Shown one piece after another: positions 1 through 14,677 of a stretch of DNA of 64,000 nucleotides. The stretch is from Tubulanus polymorphus (Eukaryota > Animalia > Nemertea). The stretch's first letter is position 1. Every line of letters starts with the position of its first letter. Both the position numbers and the translations under genes were made by a program. Location: contig NC_134029.1 of the NCBI RefSeq assembly GCF_964204645.1, forward strand, positions 22,190,950-22,254,949, in the 5' to 3' direction. The notes beneath the pieces are model-generated. The model ran no database searches. It was not told the origin of the DNA and was given only the letters and a program-made list of their open reading frames with translations.

Positions 1-2141
1 GGTGGTCACGGCGATGGTAAGGAGGACCGAAAATCGAGTAAGTTTTTGTCGAGAGAAACTCGACAAATTTTCACTTCGGTAATTTAGCTACGACTAATGA
101 TTCCATTTTATATCATCGACAGGCGACAAAGAAAAGTCTCACAGTCGCGAGAAAGAAACGAAGGCGTCTCGACAAGAAAAGAAGAAAGAAGCTCGTCGCG
201 AAGAGAAAGAGCGCCGTAAAGAAGAACGACGCGAACACGAAGCGGAACGCGATAAACATCACACGTCGACGCGCGACGATCATCCGCATAAACAACAATC
301 ACTGGACGATCGTTCTCCGAGCGTCACTTCTATCGGTAGTCAGAATTCTCATCGACGCAGTGTCGAAAATTCACCTCGAAATATTGAAGATAGAGATAGA
401 GGTAAACATGATTCACTCGCAGAGTTCATACCGCGTCTCTTTACATATCTTATCATAGAAGAATGTAGAATTGGTCGGTGGTTTTGTAATTATTCCAAGT
501 TCGACATCACTAATGTTTAAAACATTTATTTCAGATCTTAAAAGAAGAAAACTTGATACGACTAAGGTAGAATTTCAATTCTAACGCTGATATATTCTAT
601 TATATTCACCTATCCTTTATACCTTCCCTTTCTCGCACACCTAACCGTAAATCAAACTTCCTCTTACGATAGCTTTTCGAATTCATTTGATTACAGGAAG
701 ATGATTTGTCTGGTAAAGATATCGATCTGAAGGTATGTGTCAAATCTGTCCCCGTTAATCAATCAGCTCTGAAACTTGATTCTGTGAATTCCTCCTCTAT
801 TCTGTATCCTCCACGTGGCTGGTGATGGTCGAGTTATAATGCTATTTAAGTACTGGACATAAACATAGAGGTTTTATACATGAACTGTATTTATTTTCTA
901 AAGAGTCCTCAATATGAGAAAGAAAGAGATCGAGACAAGGAAAGAAAGTTAGAGAGGAAAAGGGTATGTTTCTTGAGTCTGATCCGTGTTTACAGTAGAC
1001 TCCGCTAGTCGATTGATAGAATTGGATTGTTTCAAAAGAAATCACCAATATCTCTGAAATTTGAGCTCAATTTGGGGCTAACTAGAATTGATATAACTCT
1101 ATTAGGAGCTGAGAAGAATTTTTACACAGTCCTTACCGAGTCAATTAGAAAATACTGAATGAATAGTTACAATCGTGTAACGTTTATGTTGAAACTTAGA
1201 AAAACTTATCTTATTAATGAGCATTTTATTCAATTATCATTCTTATTATGTAACATAATGATAATTATGTTAGATAATAATTATTATTTAATGCTCTTAA
1301 ACGCGGTACAGAGAATAAGATGATAACGATCGATCATAATCAATCAACGTAATAAACGCTGTTTTCAGGATCGTTCATCGGATATTGAAGCGATTGAAAC
1401 GAAACGCCGGCGGAACGATGAGGCGTCCACTTCAATATCATCTACTCCAGGTATGAGTCGTTCGTACGAAATGAGACATAGAAATTTGACATTATTTTCA
1501 TTACGCCGATTCGTTCTGGTTTTCGTTGACAGGTGGAAGGTCGAGTAAAACGAATGGAGACAATATCAGCGGTACAGAAACACCGCATTCGATACGAGAT
1601 AAAGAACGTAGTCGCGATAAAGCACACGACAGATCGTATTCTGAGAAAAATGAAGACAGAAAGATACACGTTAAAAAGGTATGAATTTAGCATCGCGATG
1701 TTGATAACCGGTTGGAAGTATGTTTCTGACCTTTATACCATCCAACTGGGATATATATCAAGACATAGCAATTTTCATGGTCCATAAAGATCCCGCTGGT
1801 CTCGAGTCTATTGTATTACTGTACAGTCAACCCCTGATATACTACTGCCTACATTTCTGTTCCCAGAAAAAACCTGTTGTTTTATCGGGGGTTGACTGTA
1901 AATGCAGATGGTTAATCTACGTATCTCCTGTTACCGGTAGTAAAAGACGTTTTTCATTTTTTCAGGAACCAAAAGATCACGAATCGCCTCGAGACAAAGA
2001 AAGGAAAGATAAACAGTATCCTTTTTCGAAAGCGAAGCCTTATTCGAAAGTTCCATTTCCTTCTCCCTGATCGTGTCATCGATAAATTTCCTTAACTCTG
2101 TCGCTAGCGGATCGACAAGTGCCAAGAAATCGAAGAAATGA
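1..2141 (+). CDS. THOC2: 3' part of a multi-exon gene with a Lys/Arg/Glu/Ser-rich C-terminal tail; probable THO complex subunit 2
   Basis: Short GT-AG bounded exons splice in frame: DKEKSHSREKETKASRQEKKKEARREEKERRKEE... (123-401), DLKRRKLDTTK, KERDRDKERKLERKR, DRSSDIEAIETKRRRNDE, KTNGDN..., and GSTSAKKSKK* (TGA 2139-2141). Motif order resembles the human THOC2 tail (QKRRKIDT / ERKRDHS / TKRRKEENG). The region is low complexity, so the gene name is tentative. Confidence 0.55.
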
Positions 2142-2399
2142 TGAAAGCTTTCTGGTTTTAAAGTCTTAGAATTGTGTACATACATAGATTGATAAACGAA
2201 TAAATAGAACTCTTTGTAAACATCCAGGTCACTATAAAACTGCTGTGTTGAATGATAAAGATGCAGTAATTTATCGTAATGTATACCGAATCTGTACATA
2301 TTTATTGTTGCCATATATTTTCTGGGTCGGATGATTATTTAATATTCTCTTGTTTTAATGGTAATTGGCATACTGATACCTTCTCTTTGTATATGTATG

Positions 2400-2538
<139 letters not shown>

Positions 2539-3490
2539 GTATATATTTTTAAGGGTCAAAACATTAATTTTCTCCTTTTGATATTTCTGAGAAATTTTCG
2601 TACGGCGTATATGAAAACTGTACCGAGTCCTGCTCAAGTCGACAATTTTGAATTTATTTGTAAAGAATCATTTAGGAGGACATTTTCTGCCAATTGTATG
2701 TTGAATGTATAACATATTGCTTATTCAAGATTCAAGATTTAGGTCATAATATCGTAAATTCTAAATAGCTTTTAGAATCTCAAATCAAAGTGTGACCTTA
2801 AGCGACTTAAACATTTAAAGGTTGAGTTTATTTAGTCCTAAACAGGAACTTGATGTAATTCTAGCCTTTTGTATAATTAGTCCATTAATTTTAACACGTT
2901 TTAATAGTAGTTTTTACGAGGAACATTTGACCGTCAGAACAAATCAGAAATCTACATGATGTGTTTGTATAGAATTTGGTATTTTTGTATTATCGATAAT
3001 AATTTTGTTGGGGAAATGTAGGCAAAGTAAAGGACTTGGATTACATTGTTTTTGAAATGCAAGGAATTGCAGAATCCGATGTAGATATCGTTACTGAGAT
3101 AACGTTGTTTGCTGTTAGTGTAAATCATGAAGGAAATTATGATGGATTGTTCAATGTGATGATTCTAGTTTGAATGAGAATTTTTTTGAAATTTCCTGAC
3201 AAACCCGGCCACTGGGGGTAAACTGTAACTGAATGATAAATCATAAACTGCATTTATTTGTATTTTGAATGCAGAGGAAATCACCTGTAATAGATGTGTT
3301 GGAATAAAAAGAGCATTTTTATTTAAAAAAAAATCTTGAAGTTCCTGTTTTTACTTATCAGGTTTCAATCAAAGGTCCCCAGGATTTGTCAGGGAATCGA
3401 ATTGCGTTTGGTCATTCATTCGGTCATGCATATTTTAATGCCGGAAACTGCCGCACTGGTTTGCCCAATAATAGTACGTAAGGCGGAGTG

Positions 3491-3660
3491 AACTTGAACT
3501 TGAACTTATATTTATTGCGCCGTATATAACATTTATACATAGGATAAGACATGCAATAAATTTACAGGACAAAACATTAAAGAATTGTGTGTGGTTTCTG
3601 GAAGTTCAAGTCAAGGTCTCACTTTGAAAGCGGCCTGAACTACCAAAGACTACGGTCAAC
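3491..3660 (-). mobile_element. Possible 3' tail remnant of a non-LTR retrotransposon
   Basis: On the minus strand, AATAAA is followed by a short (AAGTTC)n tail (aacttgaacttgaact on +), a pattern typical of CR1/L2-type 3' ends. Confidence 0.3.
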
Positions 3661-3915
3661 CTACGAGCAGTTAATTGCTCGTAGGGTCAACTAAAATAAA
3701 TGCAAAAGCCTTATAAAATCCCATCATTATGTCGCATATAAATACATGACCCAAACAGCGAAATTTCGTGACTCGGCAAAAGAAAAAAATGATTTTCGAA
3801 TTTTCACCATTCCGAATAAACGCACGAATCATTGCTCCGGCCCGCGTTGTATACCAGGTACCGCCTAGTGCTGCCACCAGTCGGGGATATCCTTCCTTGA
3901 CGTCATTCAGCAAAA

Positions 3916-6939
<3,024 letters not shown>

Positions 6940-8145
6940 ATTTAGACCGTCGTAGTTTTAGTTAGAACGTATTATTAACTCATCAACACGTGAATCAAAT
7001 CATCGTGAATATTATACTTATGATTTCCTCCAGTATTACTGTGATACCTAATGTTAGTTACTCCCAAAAATATTTAGTTAATTGAATCGATTAGTCTTCG
7101 GCAGTGTTGATACGGTTAGGATTGTTGTACTAGATGTTGATTAGTTGAATGAACTTTCTTTTGAAATGAACCGAGTACGTAGTACTTATCTGTGTTCAGT
7201 CAGTCATATGTGTATCTTTATAGATATTCCTTTTCAAGGTTCTTCGTGTCCGTTGAAAGTATTTCTGAATTAACGTGTTAATCACAGCTTTCTAATGTTA
7301 ACAACGCATTTCATGTATATTATCAACATTTTGTAAAATATAATTTATGCGTGTAGAAAGGCGGCCTTTAATATCATATTATAGAAATAATTTGCAATTT
7401 TCCATTTACATGTACGACCGCTTTGAAACCGATGGCTTTGCATTATTGATCTCAATGCTGATGAGAGAACGTTTAGGAAACTTCGATCGACAAATTTCTG
7501 AGAATACTAAGGATATGAATATTTTTGGACTAACGTTGCTGTTGTACTCTAGTTAGATGCTCTGTTTTGAATGATAGTTAGTCGTAGGCCTTGTAACAAA
7601 CAGATATACGCTATGTTAATACATCCATCCATGCATTGAAGTCGATTATAATTGTCATTTAATTGCATGCGTATACGCGTCAATATTGTTGATGAAATCA
7701 TTTGTGTAATATGTTTTTATCCTGGTGTAAATTACTATTGTGTTTATTGTTTTGTTACTACTAAAAATAAAATTGAAAATCTCACAAGACAAGTTCTTCA
7801 TTTCTTGCTTTTTTGGCATATTATGGATTTTTCTTAAAAAACCTTTACTTGTCCATATATTTCCAGCATACGCAGCCAGGCCGTTCAAAATCTACATTAC
7901 GCACCTATTAATAATTAAGTCGTAAGCTAACCTATGGAAGGGGCCATAACTCGAATATTTGAAGTCAAACTGCTGCCATGTATTATATAGTTCAATGTAA
8001 AACGTTTTATTTGACAAAATGAAATATTAGACAAAAATCTCGGAAACTATAAACATAAGAGCGAAGAATTGACATTTAAATGCATTTATATAGACTTGAG
8101 TAAGTAGCAGGTTTCATTGGCCGACGTACAGTGCAGGGGGCGGGG

Positions 8146-8873
8146 TCAGTCCTCATCGCTGTCGTCAATAATATTGTTTTTAGTAGCTGTTTTTGATGGC
8201 GATGCTGAACTGGATGTTGGAGCTGCATCCGCTGTGGTACTGCTTCCTCCACTACTTTCATCGCTGAAAATAAATCAAATCATTCAGTTCCAATTGAAAG
8301 TTGATTGATTTACATTTATTCATCCATTTATAGACTTACCTATTACTTTTACTACTCGTTGCGCCGGCGTCTGATGTAGTTTTTTCATTTGGCTTCGTAT
8401 TTTCCTTATCGCTTTTTTGAAAGAACATGTCTATCGGTTTTTGCCATTCTGGTGTCGGTCTCGGACAGTAAGGGTTACCTCCGGCGTACTTGCCAGCTTT
8501 GCCTGAAGAAAAAGTGACAACAACACGGTTTTATTCAGATTTAAAAAATGGGGGACGATATTTGAGTTTTTCATTTTTTACCTCCAGGAGAGGACGATTC
8601 TCCGTAACACGACGCAGATGGTGTCGAAAGAGCTTTTCTTGGCGCCTTAGCCGCAACAGCTGAAAAGTAGAGAGAGTTGAGATTTAGTCAAATAATACTA
8701 TAGTTACACGTGATACTCATAGATGGCGCTGTAGTAAATCTAAAAAGAAATTTTTTTCAAAGCTCTTAAATCTACGTTTAGACACGGAATCGATCGGTTC
8801 CAAAGTTTCTAAAGTGAGTATAGTTTAAAGACGAACCTTTTCTGGCACTGTTATCTCCTCTGGTCCGGACCAT
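8146..8873 (-). CDS. PCLAF: PCNA-associated factor (PAF15/KIAA0101), 4 exons; absent from the ORF track
   Basis: Splices to MVRTRGDNSARK-AVAAKAPRKALSTPSASCYGESSSPG-GKAGKYAGGNPYCPRPTPEWQKPIDMFFQKSDKENTKP...IIDDSDED*. It shows the MVRT start, KAPRK, GGNP-C-RPTP-WQK, a PIP box (QKPIDMFF) and a KEN box. Confidence 0.93.
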
Positions 8874-8992
8874 TGTTTCAGGAATCGAGATTTAATCGCA
8901 GAATATCGCAGCAAATTTCCCGGGAACTCGAGTCTCTTCTCTACCGAAATGCGGCCTGTGGATGTGAAGGTCGTTGAGCTCCAGTCTCAAAG
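8874..8992. promoter_or_regulatory. Putative bidirectional promoter between the PCLAF and TRIP4 start codons
   Basis: Only 119 bp separate the divergent ATGs; a perfect palindrome TTCCCGGGAA lies at 8917-8926. Confidence 0.7.
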
Positions 8993-11900
8993 ATGTCTGC
9001 GCCCATTGTGCAATGGATTTGTTCGGAATTGTCAAATTTAATGCAGTTCGAAGCGACCGAAGATATTGCCAGGTATACTGATCAAATTGACAAAAAATTC
9101 TCAACGGAGTTCTTAATGATGATAGACTTTCAGAAAAAGGTTAAGTCAAGCGGCAGGGCAGAAAAAATCTAATGTAATGAAAAATAGCTTGACCGACCTC
9201 TGTTCAAACTCTCAATTCAGACGACAGGAGATATGCTGAAGTTGCATTTTCTTAAAAAGAATATTTTTTTATTAATTCTGTCTTTCACTTATCTGGCAGA
9301 AAGTAATCATGTTAACTTATGGGTTCCCTGTCATAAAACTGTCTAATGACAATGTGTTACCAAAATAACCGTAGTTCTTGGACTGGTTGACAAAAAATTG
9401 ACAGAATTGCTGACTAAACAATTTTTTGATTGTTAAATTACATCTATCTTCTTTCAGATATATATTAGCTATTGAAAGTAAAGAAGATCTAGAGGAATAT
9501 ATGCTGGAATTATTAGATGGTTCCGAGAAACGAAATACAAAATTCATAAAAGAACTCCTACTGAAATGGCGACCTCCAAATGAAGACGGTTTGAAGGTAA
9601 CTTGAATTACTTTAATTCTTTTGTTGATCTTGGCTATTTTTGATATTCAGATGTTGGCTATTGCTTCGTTATAGGTATATCAGAAGAACGCTGATGAGGA
9701 GTGTTACATCAAAGCTCAGGGAACGACGAAATCAAAAAAGAAGAAATGGAAAACAAAAGCAATCGACCACAATCAGAGCAATGAAATCAATGGAATTGAA
9801 AATTCACAGGTTTGAAAGTTAATTTTCAGTCGGAACTTATTCAATGATTGTCTTCAACCGAATAACAGTACGTACAATATCGAGAGAGTTTTATATGTTT
9901 ACAGCCGGCAGATATAAGTGAAAAGGCTGAGTCGATGAATTTAGATAATTCAACTGCTAGTCATAGTAAAAAGAAGAATAAGTTTGTGTCGTTGTATAGC
10001 AACGAAGGCCAGGCTAAGACAATCATTAAACTGCCAGGTAGGTGTGCGCAGGAGCTTTACTTTCACTGTCCTAACAAAGAGAAAAACAATTTTAGAATTG
10101 TTTAAATGATTATTGTAGGTCGACATGGTTGCGAATGTCAAGCGTCTAAACATGCTCTGATTAGTAATTGTTTGAGATGTGGTCGCGTTGTCTGTGAACA
10201 AGAGGGATCAGGACCTTGTCTTTACTGTGGAAATCTTGTAAGTGTTCGAGCTTTCGATGATAACAGACATGGACCAGTAATAGATTCATAGTCGCCTATC
10301 GATGTTGCTGATTCACGTACCTTGATAGCGTCCCTCAGCGATTCCTAGATTTCTCAAAAGCTCCTTCTTAACAGAGAATACTTTTAAATGTGCTTGAAAC
10401 TCCCTATAATTTTAGCAAAATGTCCAATAATCCTTTAAGGACTCCTTCAACTGAGAAATAGGCTATAAGAAATGTTTAGTTGTGCATGGTAGACTATGCT
10501 TAAGCATTTGGGACCAGGATTTTTTCTTTACTGAATTTGGCAGTTACTGAATTAGAGTAGTGTTGTAAAGAATAATGATTGCTTACAAAAACACCGGTTT
10601 ACCAAGATAAACTACTGATTCAGAAGGAGTCTACAGTAAATGAGATTTGAAAGTGACGCGGACACTTCTTCAAAATTTGAAATTTTCCCCTTTAAAACTC
10701 CTTAGATCCAGAAATGACTGATCTTGAGGGACCCTGCTTGAAAATATCTCTACGAAATATCTATCTTTCACAGGTCTGTACTCGAGAAGAACAAGAAATT
10801 CTGTCGCGTGGTTCGAAGAAAAGTGAGCGCCTTCGTCAGCAGTTGATGAAGTTACACAAGGTTGAGAACGGCGACAGCGGAGATCTACCACATCAAGCTT
10901 CCAGAATAAACGATGGCCTACAAAAAGCTGTAGAACATAAAGAGAAATTATTGGAATACGACAAATCATGGTATGTTGATGAAATTCGTAAGAAATGCAA
11001 TTGACTGGGTTTGTCGATTCACAGTTTAAATTATGGCTTGTGATTTTTATTCAGCAGCTTGTTAGGCCCTATATTATGAAATATAGGCTTATAGCTGCCA
11101 AAATGATCTTTTTGCAGGCTACTGCAGAAAACTTCTTCACCCAGCTACATACTAACTTCAATCATTGTTCCTGAAGATGACTATAGAATAATATTAGGAT
11201 AAAGTCAAAACGTTGAATGAAATATTAGCTCAAGAAATCCTTCCATTTGTATTGTGGGATTTTATCATATGTTTCTCCTCTCTCTCTTTCTCTAACTCTA
11301 ATATAAGCCTTCAGCTGCTGTTTAAACAACATATCTATTAATGGCTCGCAAGTAACTGGCAGCTGGGTAAATAATAGTCACTTCAACAACTTATTCTTCG
11401 TTTTTGTGGTTTTTCCAAAAGTATTTTAAGGGTAACCTCTCACCGGGTATGTTGATATCTATCTCCTCAGTGCCCGAAGAACACAAGTGATCGACGACGA
11501 ATCGGACTATTTCGCGACGGAGGGAAACTCGTGGCTGACGACGGAAGAACGTTCGAAGTTAAAATCGCGCGAAGCCGAATTACGCCAACAGCGACATGGC
11601 TCGCGACTCGATCGTAAAATCACGTTCGACTTTGCCGGCAGACGGATTATCGACGCCGAAATGGAAAGCGTCGTTAACATGTACGATCGACACGATAAAA
11701 TCGTACAAGAAGTTCACTACGGCGGCGCGAAGACTAAATCAGTCGATGACGACACGCCGAAGCTTGATCTAAGTGAATTTTCCGATCTTGTCAATCCGGT
11801 TTTATCATACACGAAGCAATCGGCTCCTAAGGTAATTGTTCGCTTATTGGTTGTGAAGTGAGAAGATTAATGAGATTTAGGTTTTGGAGCAGCTTTCACA

Positions 11901-13371
11901 AATCAATGTTCAAATTAAAATCTGCGCTCGTTATGCATTCATTTCCTCCTGCATAGAAAGTAACAATGCTGTTATTGCTGTACCTTTGACCTCTCTTGCA
12001 CCTTTCACAGTGAGCTTAGAATTAGGCTGTGCACATCGCGTATTAGGTTAGGTCTCAGCCTCTGTGTTAAAAAGTCTGCATTGGCTACCCATGGATGAGA
12101 CACAGTATTGATTATTAGTTCCTCTTGTAGGGGTTTTATTACTTGCGTGGGAATACTTTGGGCTGTCTTGGACAGATCTTGTTGTGTTGAAAAAAATAAG
12201 TCCCCAGGAAACACTCGGTCTTCGTTATCTCATGACAGCGCTCTAGAAGAGAAATCCGTAATTATTGTCATTATTGGATATCTATTTTCAGTATGTGCCG
12301 CCGGAGCAGAGATACAGTACTAAAGTTTCGAATCACTCGGAGGTAAAATCTAAAACGTTGAGATTACAGGATAAAGAATTACAGGAAATGGCAGATGATG
12401 GTGTTTGCCTCAGTATGCATCAACCGTGGGCATCGCTACTCATCGCTGGAATTAAGAAGTGAGCAGTTTTCAATGACAAGGAATATTCAGTATTCTTTCA
12501 AATTTAGAGGATATTTGAAATCTATTTACTCTTGTCACAGTCTAGTCTATGTATTGAAGATCTACAACAAACATCAGTTATAGAGACATTTCGGGTAGCT
12601 TCTACCCATCTCCAGAGATTAGATTTCACAATTTTACATTTTTGAAATAATCTCTGAAATGCATTCTACCTGAAACATTAGCATAGTTACTGTAACTTCA
12701 TTATTATTGATCTGCTGTTTATATTTGAAATATTTGTTTTCGCATTCACAGACATGAAGGTCGTACGTGGTACTCAGCTCACAGGGGACGTCTGTACATA
12801 GCTGCTACTGCTAAAACACCAACACAAGAAGAAATCGACGAACTGGAAGAATTTTATAGGCAATTTTACAAGAGTCAGTTGAAAAGTTTATCGTTATTTC
12901 GAATTAATTCAAGTTGGTTTATATGGGAAATTTAATCGAGATTTATTTATCGTTTCAGAACCAAGATTAAGGTTTCCTGAACACTACCCGGTCGGGTGTT
13001 TATTAGGTTGCGTCGACGTTACCGATTGTTTAGCTCAAGACGAGTATCGAAAACAGGTCAGTAATCCTGCCCGGTTTCTAGATCAGTTATTCTGTTCAAA
13101 TAATAATCATTGCGGTATTCGTATTCAACAGTTTCCTGGCGGTGAATCGTCATCTCCGTTTGTATTTATTGGTCAAAATCCACAAGAATTACTCGTTAAA
13201 TTCCCCATCAAAGGAAAACATAAGATATGTAAGTATTTTCCTAATAATATTCCTCATAAGTCATCAGTGCCTTCATTCACGCGTCGAATATGTTCCATTC
13301 TAGATAATTTAGAAGGTCACATTCATCAGGCTGCCAAGAAAGGTTTACGACGAGTTGATTGCGACGTATGA
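8993..13371 (+). CDS. TRIP4: Activating signal cointegrator 1 (ASC-1), ~12 exons
   Basis: Start MSAPIVQWICSELSNL; zinc finger RHGCECQASKHALISNCLRCGRVVCEQEGSGPCLYCG; AVEHKEKLLEYDKS-ARRTQVIDDESDYF; ASCH domain CLSMHQPWASLLIAGIKKHEGRTWYSAHRGRLYIAA...YPVGCLLGCVDV; TGA at 13369-13371. Confidence 0.96.
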
Positions 13372-14516
13372 TAGTTTAGATAGATATTATTAGGTAGAAT
13401 GTCGGTTTTATGCTGGGCATCGACTGACTTATCAACTGCTCTGTGTGTTCAGTGAGATATATAGCAAGTATGTGAAATTAGGCTAAAAAAAAATTATACC
13501 TTCTTTCTCCTAATCGGCCAGTTCATTTTGAAAACAGCAATAGAATTTGTAATCAGTTCATTTCTACAGCTGTTATGGTTAGCTTGATCATGGTTGTTAT
13601 GTACAGGCAGCCGGTTAACTTTTGAACTCACCAGAAATGAGAAACAAGGTATCAATTTTTTAGCCCTAGATATCAAATTAACGGGTTGAGGATCAACTTC
13701 AAAAATCATTCATCTTGACAAACCCCATTAGTGGTTTTGTTTGCATAATATATATTGTTTTTACTTAATTCACTCAATGGGGAATGGGATAGAATTGTCA
13801 TAATTTGGATTAAGGGTTTGTCATGTCGGGTCAATAGAATGCTTGTGATGCTGTTATGTATTTAAAAAGTCTATGAATAAATCATATATAACTGACCATG
13901 TGCAATTTGGGTTACTGTCTGTACTCGTAGTGCTGCGATTCCAACAATTTCATCCTTTGTCCCTCGCATGCACTAGGACATGTTAATTGCCAAGTGATGT
14001 TTGATTATTTTTTGATCAACACCGAGCATCCACAATTACGAATGCTGCGATAAATATTTTTCAGATAACTTGCTAGTCAAAAAGTAGTACTTATGACATT
14101 TCGATGAAAAATAAGCACATATCAGGGCCTAAATTTTTTTCCAAAAAGTAGCAGATTTCCTACAAACCATCCATCACCGAAACAAAGCTTGGATTCAAAG
14201 TTCACGTGAAAAACTGAGAAATTAAGAAATAACATTACTACGGTATATTTCAAACGATATATTTTTCAAATATATATATTCATCATGTGTAGTAGCAATT
14301 CAATATTTACAGTACAGGTGACATCAAAAATACTGGCGACATCTATAAAAGATACTATATAATAGGATTCAAAGTAGATCATCTCTTAGAAAAAGACATG
14401 GACAAAAAACTGATTTAATGTAGAAGTAAATCATTGTATATATGGACACGACAACATTCGTGAAATGATAAATTCACGATATATTTTAAGCGAATTTATC
14501 CCATATCAAACCCGAT

Positions 14517-14596
14517 CGGCAGGGATTCGAACCAGATGGCATCGCGAGACTGATTTGGCACCACAAATTTGTGCCATCTGGTTTGAATCCTAACCG
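14517..14596. repeat. Inverted repeat / hairpin just downstream of the SARDH stop codon
   Basis: Arms ggattcgaaccagatggca and tgccatctggtttgaatcc (19 bp, one mismatch) flank a ~30 nt spacer. Confidence 0.75.
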
Positions 14597-14677
14597 CGGG
14601 AAGTTAAACCCATACGAAAAATGCTCCCTGATGTCGGCGAATCACAATTCATCCTTTGACTAGTTTTTATTGAATAT

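Noticed and set aside
1931-2314. 127-aa minus-strand ORF
   Set aside because: It is antisense to the last exons and 3' UTR of the THOC2-like gene and has no recognisable motif.
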